From: an uncultured Flavobacteriales bacterium
GTDB taxonomy: Bacteria; Bacteroidota; Bacteroidia; Flavobacteriales_D; Crocinitomicaceae
Length of the DNA stretch: 64,000 nt
Direction of reading: 5' to 3'
Assembly (NCBI GenBank): GCA_964425255.1
Contig: CAYRMV010000002.1
Location: forward strand, 765-64,764
Under the pieces are notes generated by a model. That model had not been told where the DNA came from. It ran no database searches and was given only the letters and a program-made list of their open reading frames with translations. Below, one piece after another: positions 56,973-64,000 of this stretch. Every line of letters begins with the position of its first letter. The first letter of the stretch is position 1. Made by a program: the position numbers and the translations under genes.

Positions 56973-58409
56973 GTGGGTTGGATCAGGTCACAAGTTGGTT
57001 TCCTCGTTGCAGGATTGGTCTTCGTTGCACTCAGTTTGTTGGCATTGTGGTATGAACAGTGGTTCTTTTTTGGTATACCTGTTGCTTTGTTAGGAATTTA
57101 TTTTGCGGTTTTCCATTCAGAACATACATTTTTAGCGCTTTTCTTTTTTGTCCCTATTTCAGTCAACATAGAAGAATTTACGGAAAGCTTTGGTTTGTTT
57201 ATTCCAACGGAACCCATTTTAGCGGGATTTCTGTTGCTTTTTCTTTGGCAACAATTGCGAACCCCCTTTTTTCCAAACTACCTGCACCAGTCACCCATCG
57301 TTTGGGCTTTGGCAGCCTATCTTTCTTGGATCGGTATCACATCTATAACAAGCTCACATCCTCTCGTTTCAGTTAAGTTTTTGATAGCAAAGTTATGGTT
57401 TGTTGTTCCTGTTTTGTTTTATGGGACACGAATTTTCGAAAAACGGGAAAACATCATTCGATTCTTTTGGCTTTTTGCGATTGGAATGACGATTGCGATG
57501 ACTTACACTGTTTTGATGCATGCAAGCTACAGTTTTGGTGAAAAAGAAAGTCATTGGGTGATGTGGCCTTTTTTCAAAGATCACACGATTTATGGTTCCA
57601 TTGTGGCTTTTCTTATACCGATGCTTACTGCTTTGTATTTCTCCAAAAAACATACACCTCTTTTGCAAGCAATCCTTTTATCCATGATGACAATCAATTG
57701 GATTGCCTTGTATTTTTCTTACACGCGTGCAGCTTGGTTAAGCATTGTTGCCGCGTTATTCGTATGGCTTATCATCCGATTGCGAATCAAATTTACATGG
57801 TTATTTGGTACAACTTTGGGCATTGTTTTGTTAGTCATTGCTTCTTGGACACAAATAGAACAAAGTTTGGCTAAAAACAAATCAGAGCACACCACGGAAG
57901 ATTTTGGGAAACGATTAGAAAGTGCTGCGAATGTGACAACAGATGCTTCTAATCTGGAACGTTTGAATCGCTGGTCTTGTGCTATTGCCATGTTTCAAGA
58001 ACGACCTGTTTTTGGATTTGGTCCAGGAACCTATTCTTTTGAATATGCACGTTTTCAAGAGCCAGAAAATTTGACTATTATTTCCACCAATTTTGGTGAC
58101 GCGGGGAATGCACACAGCGAATATTTGGGTCCGCTTTCTGAAATGGGCGTGTTGGGTTTGTTGACATTTTTAGCCTTGGTGGCATCTATTTTTTATTCGG
58201 GAATTACACTTTATTTGGCTTGGCCTGCAGGAGATCGGGAAATCAAATACTTGATTTTAGGCTTAGTACTTTCTTTGGTTACTTATTTTGTTCACGGTGT
58301 TCTGAATAATTACTTGGATACGGACAAAGCAGCTGTTCCCATTTTTGCCACATGTGCAGTGTTTATTGCTTTGCAACATCAGTTAACAAAGAGTAAAAAA
58401 ACTTCTTAA
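56973..58409 (+). CDS. O-antigen ligase/polymerase-family (Wzy_C) membrane protein
   Basis: About 11 TM segments with a periplasmic loop. NRWSCAIAMFQERPVFGFGPGTY and GNAHSEYL are typical Wzy_C/O-antigen-ligase motifs. A GTG start immediately follows the preceding stop (TAAGTG), and there is no in-frame ATG for about 170 codons. Confidence 0.7.
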   Translation: MGWIRSQVGFLVAGLVFVALSLLALWYEQWFFFGIPVALLGIYFAVFHSEHTFLALFFFVPISVNIEEFTESFGLFIPTEPILAGFLLLFLWQQLRTPFFPNYLHQSPIVWALAAYLSWIGITSITSSHPLVSVKFLIAKLWFVVPVLFYGTRIFEKRENIIRFFWLFAIGMTIAMTYTVLMHASYSFGEKESHWVMWPFFKDHTIYGSIVAFLIPMLTALYFSKKHTPLLQAILLSMMTINWIALYFSYTRAAWLSIVAALFVWLIIRLRIKFTWLFGTTLGIVLLVIASWTQIEQSLAKNKSEHTTEDFGKRLESAANVTTDASNLERLNRWSCAIAMFQERPVFGFGPGTYSFEYARFQEPENLTIISTNFGDAGNAHSEYLGPLSEMGVLGLLTFLALVASIFYSGITLYLAWPAGDREIKYLILGLVLSLVTYFVHGVLNNYLDTDKAAVPIFATCAVFIALQHQLTKSKKTS

Positions 58410-58514
58410 TTGATGTATCCAACTTGGATTTCGAGGAAACACATTTGAATATGGTTTGTCTCGTCAATTCAGGAAAAAAACGTATTTTTGAATTCGCTTG
58501 CTAAAAAGAGTAAA

Positions 58515-59171
58515 ATGGCATTAGATAAAAACGGAATTGCAAAACGAATTGCACAAGAGTTGCGAGATGGATGGTATGTAAACTTAGGAATCGGAATCCC
58601 GACCTTGGTAGCGAATTACATTCCAGAAGGAATCGAAGTCGAGTTTCAATCCGAAAATGGAATTCTTGGAATGGGACCGTTTCCTTTCGAAGGAGAAGAA
58701 GACCCTGATTTAATCAATGCAGGAAAGCAAACAATTACCGCTCGAAAAGGGGCCGTTTATTTCGACTCAGCTACCTCTTTCGCGATGATTCGTGGTCAAC
58801 ACGTTCAATTAACCGTTCTTGGAGCAATGGAAGTTTCTCAAAATGGAGATATCGCCAACTGGAAAATCCCAGGAAAAATGGTCAAAGGAATGGGGGGTGC
58901 GATGGATTTAGTTGCTTCTGCTGATAACATTATCGTTGCGATGATGCACTCAAACAAAGCGGGCGAATCCAAAATTTTAAAAGAATGTACCCTTCCTCTT
59001 ACAGGCGTTGGTTGCGTGAAAAAAGTCGTAACTGAATTGGCTGTTTTGGAAATCAAAGACGGTAAATTTCACTTAATCGAACGTGCACCAGGTGTTTCTG
59101 TCGAAGAAATCGTCTCTAAAACGGAAGGTGAATTAGTGGTGCCAGATGTTGTCCCAGAAATGAATATTTAA
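58515..59171 (+). CDS. 3-oxoacid CoA-transferase subunit B
   Basis: IAKRIAQELRDGWYVNLGIGIPT, the catalytic-Glu context QSENGILGMGP, and GMGGAMDLV. ATG at 58515. Confidence 0.85.
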   Translation: MALDKNGIAKRIAQELRDGWYVNLGIGIPTLVANYIPEGIEVEFQSENGILGMGPFPFEGEEDPDLINAGKQTITARKGAVYFDSATSFAMIRGQHVQLTVLGAMEVSQNGDIANWKIPGKMVKGMGGAMDLVASADNIIVAMMHSNKAGESKILKECTLPLTGVGCVKKVVTELAVLEIKDGKFHLIERAPGVSVEEIVSKTEGELVVPDVVPEMNI

Positions 59172-59186
59172 TCTAAAATTGTTGGT

Positions 59187-59903
59187 TTGTTGTTAAGTGT
59201 TGTAATTCCTGCTTACCGCGGTTTTGAAGCCATGCGCGACAACATCCCGACCTTGATTGCATTTTTGTCTGAACAACAAATCGAACACGAAATTATTTTG
59301 GTGGATGATGGATCAGATGACTGGCAACTCGCCGAACAATTTGCACGTGAAAATCAACTTCGGTTTTACCGAAATCCCGTAAATAGGGGGAAAGGTGCTG
59401 CTGTCCGATTAGGGATGCAACACGCAACGGGCGATTTTCGCATTTTTACAGATGTAGATGTTCCTTTTCAGCTAACTGCTTTTCCGCAATTTTTAGATAC
59501 GTTTCAACAAAAAAAAGCCGACTTGGTGGTGGGCGATCGTACTTTGCCCGAGTCAGACTATTTTGATAAAATCAAGACCAGTCGTAAAATAAGTAGTCGC
59601 ATTTTCTCGTTTATCGTTGGTAAAGTCATGGCAGGAGGAAATTTTGATACACAATGCGGGATGAAAGGGTTTTCAGCCAATGCTGCAAATCATATTTTTT
59701 CCGTTGCGGAAGTGGATAGTTTTGCATTCGATGTTGAATTGTTGAGCATAGCCGTTCGAAAAAAATACCGTATCGAACCTTGCGCTGTTCGCCTTCGTAC
59801 TGATCAAGATGGCTCTTCCGTCAGTTTACTGAAACATGCTTTTGGTATGCTGAAAGATTTAGCCAAAATCAAACGTAACCAATGGTCAGGAAAATACACA
59901 TAA
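59187..59903 (+). CDS. family-2 glycosyltransferase (polyprenyl-phosphate glycosyltransferase-like)
   Basis: LSVVIPAYRG, ILVDDGSDD, NRGKGAAV, and DVD. Non-ATG start: TTG at 59187, with no in-frame ATG between the preceding stop and the GT2 motif. Confidence 0.75.
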   Translation: MLLSVVIPAYRGFEAMRDNIPTLIAFLSEQQIEHEIILVDDGSDDWQLAEQFARENQLRFYRNPVNRGKGAAVRLGMQHATGDFRIFTDVDVPFQLTAFPQFLDTFQQKKADLVVGDRTLPESDYFDKIKTSRKISSRIFSFIVGKVMAGGNFDTQCGMKGFSANAANHIFSVAEVDSFAFDVELLSIAVRKKYRIEPCAVRLRTDQDGSSVSLLKHAFGMLKDLAKIKRNQWSGKYT

Positions 59904-59906
59904 TAC

Positions 59907-62240
59907 ATGAGCGAGCTTTTTAGAAAACGTATTTTCCCTTTGTCTTGGTATAATCGTGGTTTTTGGTTAACGGGTTTGCTTGCTTCACTGGTTTTACTTT
60001 TGTTTTTTGGCCCCATTCTTTTTCATGCCAATTCGGTTTATTTTGGGGCAAGCGGTGATGGAATGCAATCCTACTTCACCATTTTATACCATGTGAAACA
60101 CGATGTTTCGATGTGGCAGTTCAATGGAATGAATTATCCTTTTGGTGAACAAGTTTTCTTTACAGGTTGCATGCCTTTGATTACCAATCTACTGATTTTC
60201 ATACGTCCCTTGATTGATTTGACTGACTACACGGTTGGAATTGTCAACCTAAGCATGCTTTTTTCAATTGTTCTTTCTGCTCAATTTTTGTATTTGATAT
60301 TAAACCATTTCGGGGTTTCTAGATTCATCTCGATATTTAGTGCTGTGGCAATTGCCTTTCTTTCGCCACAGATTGAACGTTTGGGAGGACATTATTCCTT
60401 GACATTTCAATTTATCATTCCGCTTGCTCTATGGAAAGCAATTGGGTTCTACGAAAATCCTACTTGGAAAAAAGCGCTGATTATGGGGTTTTTGGCGTGG
60501 ATAGCCGCGACTTTACACTTTTATTTGTTCGCATTTGTCTCCTTGATTTTTGGCGGAGTTGGACTTTATCGGATGATTGAAAATCGCTTTCAACTGCGAA
60601 TCGTTGCTTGGCAGCTTTTATTTTGGTTATTCCAAATTGGGATTCCGCTTTTCGCTATCCAAATTTTGCAACAAGTAAACAATCCCGTGACAGATCGAAC
60701 ATCGCATCCGTGGGGATTTTTCGAATATTTGTCTTCTCCATCTGGAATCTTGTTGAGTGAAAACCGATTTTACAGTAGTTGGTTGAATACTCTTTTTTCA
60801 CCGAAATTTCCTGCATGGGAAGGTAGATCTTTTGTAGGTTTACTCGCTTTTATTGGTGTGGGAATGATTTTGTTTGCTTGGATTCGATCGGGAATTCGTT
60901 CACCAAAGAAAATTCTTTATTTGAGCAAAGACCCCATTTGGAATGCTTTTTTATGGACGGCGTTTGTTTCATTCGCTTTGGCAATCGGCATTCCCTTCGT
61001 TTTTTCTTGGGGCAAACCTTTGATGGAACACATCGGTATTTTCCGACAACTACGTGGCTCGGGCCGTTTTGCTTGGATTTTTTATTACGTTGTTTCGCTT
61101 TATACTGTTATTCGTCTGTTTCAATGGAAATCGGAGTCAGGTAGTTTCTTATCAAGATTGATTTTCGCAATTTTGCTTCTTGTCTTGGGTTACGATGCTT
61201 GGAAAAATGCAAATGGAAAAGATCAATGGTTAAACAATCGCTTCGAAATTTTAGAAGATCATTCCAATCAACTAGCGCAAAATAAATGGATTTCTTCCTT
61301 GAAAAAGTCAGATTTTGCAGCCATTATTCCCCTGCCGTACGTTCATATTGGTTCGGAAAACATTTGGATTCACAACGAAACAGACATTCAAAATCAAGCG
61401 TATTTTCTCAGTCTGAAAACGGGAATTCCCTTGTATTCGGTGAGTTTGAGTCGCACTTCCTTAAGTCAGACCTATGCCAATTATGCCTTGTTACAAGAAC
61501 CCTATCGACCGCTGGAAATACTCAAACACCTTCCAAAAAACAAAGACTTTTTGGTCTTGGTAAAACCGAATGACTTAAAGAAATCGGAACAGAATTGGTT
61601 GAAAAAAGCGCAAAAAATAGTTGAAACTGCTGCGTATCATGTCTACCGTGTACCGATTTCTGCTTTTCAAAAAGAAGTTTCCTTTTCGGAAAAAGAACAA
61701 CTGTTTCAATCGTTGAAATCCATTCCGAAAACCAATTACTTCTCTTCGGATTCTACTTGCTCGTATCGAATCAATCATTTTGATCAACCCTCGACGGCAA
61801 AAAAATACCGCGGAAAAGGGTCGAAATCGATTGCGTTGAACCAAGCGACACGTTTGATGGATGAAACAGTTCATTTTAATACCGACTCGCTGACACTTTC
61901 GTTTTGGGTTTCTGATTTTCCATCCGATTTAACGCCGCGTACAACTATGGAAATTGCGGTGTTTAGTGCCAATGAAAAAGATGCACCCACTGTTTATTAT
62001 TACCAATGGAAAGATGGTTTTCAGGTGATTGATGGTGAATGGGCCTTGATTGAATATCCTTTTGCTTTGCCTAAAAATCATGCGCGACTTCAAATTACGG
62101 TTTGGAATGATAACTTTGTACAGAAAGAAAAAACCATTTTTATGGATGAATGGATGCTTTATCCCTCCGCTTGTCAATTCGGTTGGAAAGAAAAAGATTC
62201 ATCCATTGTGATAAATAACAGAACATATAAACAACCATGA
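59907..62240 (+). CDS. large polytopic membrane protein with C-terminal soluble domain (GT-C/YfhO-like candidate)
   Basis: About 13 hydrophobic segments in the first ~430 aa, then a ~340-aa non-membrane domain. Flanked by two GT2 genes, with an ATGA overlap to the downstream one. Confidence 0.45.
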   Translation: MSELFRKRIFPLSWYNRGFWLTGLLASLVLLLFFGPILFHANSVYFGASGDGMQSYFTILYHVKHDVSMWQFNGMNYPFGEQVFFTGCMPLITNLLIFIRPLIDLTDYTVGIVNLSMLFSIVLSAQFLYLILNHFGVSRFISIFSAVAIAFLSPQIERLGGHYSLTFQFIIPLALWKAIGFYENPTWKKALIMGFLAWIAATLHFYLFAFVSLIFGGVGLYRMIENRFQLRIVAWQLLFWLFQIGIPLFAIQILQQVNNPVTDRTSHPWGFFEYLSSPSGILLSENRFYSSWLNTLFSPKFPAWEGRSFVGLLAFIGVGMILFAWIRSGIRSPKKILYLSKDPIWNAFLWTAFVSFALAIGIPFVFSWGKPLMEHIGIFRQLRGSGRFAWIFYYVVSLYTVIRLFQWKSESGSFLSRLIFAILLLVLGYDAWKNANGKDQWLNNRFEILEDHSNQLAQNKWISSLKKSDFAAIIPLPYVHIGSENIWIHNETDIQNQAYFLSLKTGIPLYSVSLSRTSLSQTYANYALLQEPYRPLEILKHLPKNKDFLVLVKPNDLKKSEQNWLKKAQKIVETAAYHVYRVPISAFQKEVSFSEKEQLFQSLKSIPKTNYFSSDSTCSYRINHFDQPSTAKKYRGKGSKSIALNQATRLMDETVHFNTDSLTLSFWVSDFPSDLTPRTTMEIAVFSANEKDAPTVYYYQWKDGFQVIDGEWALIEYPFALPKNHARLQITVWNDNFVQKEKTIFMDEWMLYPSACQFGWKEKDSSIVINNRTYKQP

Positions 62241-62956
62241 GTATACAAAAGCTTTCTATTTTAATTCCAGCTTACAACGAAGGAAAGACGATTCATTTAA
62301 TCTTGGACCGCGTACGTGATGTGGAGTTGGATCACGGAATTCAAAAGGAAATAATTATCGTGAATGATTGTTCCAAAGATGATACGGTGGAGAAAGTGGA
62401 AGCGTACATGGCAGCGAATCCAGACATGGATATGTGTTTGTATTCGCAACCTCATAACCAGGGAAAAGGTGCTGCGATCAATCGGGCAATCAAAGAATGT
62501 ACAGGCGATTATTTAATCATCCAAGATGCGGATTTGGAATACGATCCAACCGAATATAATTTGTTGATTAAACCGGTTTTCATGGACAATGCGGATGTTG
62601 TTTATGGCTCTCGTTTTATGGGACATCACCCACATCGGATTTTGTTTTTTTGGCATTCGATTGGCAATAAATTCTTGACTTTTTTGTCCAACATGATGAC
62701 CAATCTGAATTTGACCGACATGGAAACCTGCTACAAATTGATGCGTTCATCGATAGCAAAAAGCATTACGATCAAAGAAAACCGATTCGGAATTGAACCA
62801 GAGATTACCGCCAAACTATCAAAAGTACCCCGCATTCGCATTTACGAAGTTGGAATTTCGTATTATGGTAGAACCTACGAAGAGGGTAAAAAAATTGGTT
62901 GGAAAGACGGAGTCCGTGCGATTTGGTGTATTTTTAAGTATCGCTTTGTGAAGTAA
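62237..62956 (+). CDS. family-2 glycosyltransferase (DPM1/GtrB-like)
   Basis: LSILIPAYNEGKTI, IIVNDCSKDDT, NQGKGAAI, and IQDADLEYDP. Confidence 0.8.
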   Translation: MSIQKLSILIPAYNEGKTIHLILDRVRDVELDHGIQKEIIIVNDCSKDDTVEKVEAYMAANPDMDMCLYSQPHNQGKGAAINRAIKECTGDYLIIQDADLEYDPTEYNLLIKPVFMDNADVVYGSRFMGHHPHRILFFWHSIGNKFLTFLSNMMTNLNLTDMETCYKLMRSSIAKSITIKENRFGIEPEITAKLSKVPRIRIYEVGISYYGRTYEEGKKIGWKDGVRAIWCIFKYRFVK

Positions 62957-62980
62957 TTATTATTCAATCCGTATTAAATT

Positions 62981-63010
62981 AGTTGAGGTGCGATTTATCG
63001 CACCTCAACT
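62981..63010. repeat. REP-like palindrome AGTTGAGGTGCGAT-TT-ATCGCACCTCAACT
   Basis: 14-bp perfect arms. Same family as 7997-8026 but with a compensated T...A in place of C...G. Confidence 0.85.
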
Positions 63011-63031
63011 CAGATTGTTTTGATCGGTTCC

Positions 63032-63059
63032 GTTGAGGCGCGATTAATCGCACCTCAAC
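63032..63059. repeat. REP-like palindrome GTTGAGGCGCGATTAATCGCACCTCAAC (one C/A mismatch)
   Basis: The left arm matches the 7997 copy and the right arm matches the 62981 copy, giving 13 of 14 pairs. Confidence 0.85.
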
Positions 63060-63142
63060 CGAAAATAACTTTCGTCATCTGCGAAGCACCCATGAAAAAG
63101 CAAAGCTTTCGTCACTGGGACTAATAGACTAACCGCTTGCCA

Positions 63143-63234
63143 AGCATCGTGACAAAACAATGCTTTCGTCATTGACTTCATTTGCTGACGTGAAAGTCAG
63201 CATCGTGACAAAACAAAGCTTTCGTCATCGACTT
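63143..63234. repeat. two 36-bp direct repeats (34/36 identical, 56-bp period) containing GACAAAACAAWGCTTTCGTCA, separated by a GCTGAC-GTGAAA-GTCAGC hairpin
   Basis: DR1 at 63143-63178 and DR2 at 63199-63234. Further CTTTCGTCA units at about 63069 and 63106. A related unit GACAAAACGAAGTTTTCGTCA sits at 7970-7990. Confidence 0.8.
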
Positions 63235-63256
63235 TATTCTACATTCTTCATTAATT

Positions 63257-64000
63257 TCAAAACGACATCACTTTCCCCATTTTCTGAGTGCCGGACTGGG
63301 TTTCGAAGAAGTAATGATACATCCCTTGTGCGAGGTTTGGGAGGACAAACGGAGGCGAATCACTCTCGAAAGTATGCGAAGCTACCCAGCGACCAGCCGA
63401 GTCATACAAACGTAAACTTCCTGTTGAACCCGCCAAAACAAACGGAACGAGCTGCACACCATTTTCGGTATAGTTGACCGTCACATATTCCTCTATTTCA
63501 AACTGCCCCGCACAACACGTTGGGCAAGCGCGTAGGGAGAAATCGTCGAAGTAATAGAGTCCTAATTTTGCTCGATTGGTAGAAAAGCCGGAAAATTCCA
63601 ATTTAATTGTACTTGTGTCCCGAAAAGAACCAATGGTAAAAAAACGCTCACCGCCTTTGGCGAGAAAACATGTTTTCAACTCAATCCAATTGATTGTGTC
63701 ATTTATGATTGCTTCTCCATTTAAAGGAATAACTTCAAATTGATCGATGAAGGGAGAAGTAGGTCGCCATACTTTAATAGAGTCTTCTAATAAAATTAAA
63801 TCAAAGGCATTGGTCGCAACTCTAGCGTCAAGTCCTTCAGGAGGTGCTTTGCCATAATCAGCAAAGTTCACATACATGGAAAACTCATATATCCCAGGTT
63901 CTAATTTTTTGATAAAAGAACCCCCAAAAGATTCAGTTCGGTATGTGTAAGGATATAAGCTGTCAACAGAAACGTAGCCAGGGGGTGTACCTTTAGCGAT
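63257..64000 (-). CDS. secreted protein with T9SS-like C-terminal sorting domain; 5' end lies outside the window
   Basis: The reading frame upstream of the track Met (63877) stays open to position 64000 when hand-translated (IAKGTPPGYVSVDSLYPYTYRTES...). C-terminal LRLYDSAGRWV...GMYHYFFETQSGTQKMGKVMSF resembles a T9SS CTD. Confidence 0.6.
   Translation of the reverse strand: MAKGTPPGYVSVDSLYPYTYRTESFGGSFIKKLEPGIYEFSMYVNFADYGKAPPEGLDARVATNAFDLILLEDSIKVWRPTSPFIDQFEVIPLNGEAIINDTINWIELKTCFLAKGGERFFTIGSFRDTSTIKLEFSGFSTNRAKLGLYYFDDFSLRACPTCCAGQFEIEEYVTVNYTENGVQLVPFVLAGSTGSLRLYDSAGRWVASHTFESDSPPFVLPNLAQGMYHYFFETQSGTQKMGKVMSF

Noticed and set aside
58515-59171. An orphan CoA-transferase B subunit inside a polysaccharide cluster, as an anomaly
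   Set aside because: The A subunit is simply not in this window. As I recall, the A and B subunit genes are often unlinked in Bacteroidota. There is no sign of truncation.
63160-63477. 105-aa + strand ORF
   Set aside because: Its 5' part is made of the intergenic CTTTCGTCA / 36-bp repeats, and its 3' part is antisense to the T9SS-domain CDS. I treat it as a repeat-generated artefact.
1-64000. Scan for tRNA, rRNA, tmRNA and CRISPR arrays in all intergenic regions
   Set aside because: No intergenic segment is long enough or shows tRNA-like GTTCGAATC T-arm contexts. The only TTCGAATC I saw (about 55110) is inside the adhesin CDS. No repeat-spacer architecture is present anywhere.

Overview
This looks like a chromosomal segment from a Bacteroidota (Flavobacteriia-like) genome. 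Support: several secreted proteins end in T9SS-type C-terminal sorting domains, genes are preceded by TAnnTTTG -7 promoter boxes rather than Shine-Dalgarno sites, and background GC is about 40% by hand count. About 50 protein genes are supportable. I found no rRNA, tRNA or CRISPR. Housekeeping genes include mnmE, tadA, ileS, acs, gpsA and rsmI. The accessory and notable content is: (1) A low-GC defence island directly downstream of mnmE (9.6-15.2 kb). It holds an MmeI-family type IIL restriction-modification enzyme, then 2 nt later a three-gene cassette: SIR2-family NADase, SpoIIAB/RsbW-like GHKL ATPase, and a small STAS-like protein. I do not recognise this cassette as a named defence system, and it is my best candidate for something new. 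(2) An intact IS982-family element with 16-bp inverted repeats and a 9-bp target duplication. (3) A GC-rich nitrosative-stress cluster: Rrf2/NsrR-like regulator, truncated haemoglobin, and RIC/YtfE. (4) An acetate-utilisation cluster: porin, MFS transporter, solute-symporter-domain sensor kinase, stand-alone receiver, acs, and a RamB/PrpR-like regulator. (5) A REP-like 30-bp palindrome family with compensatory substitutions, plus associated short repeats at two intergenic loci. (6) An in-frame GC-rich triplicated insertion inside ileS. (7) An envelope polysaccharide/glycosylation cluster. All functional calls rest on motifs I can read in the translations. No database search was run.
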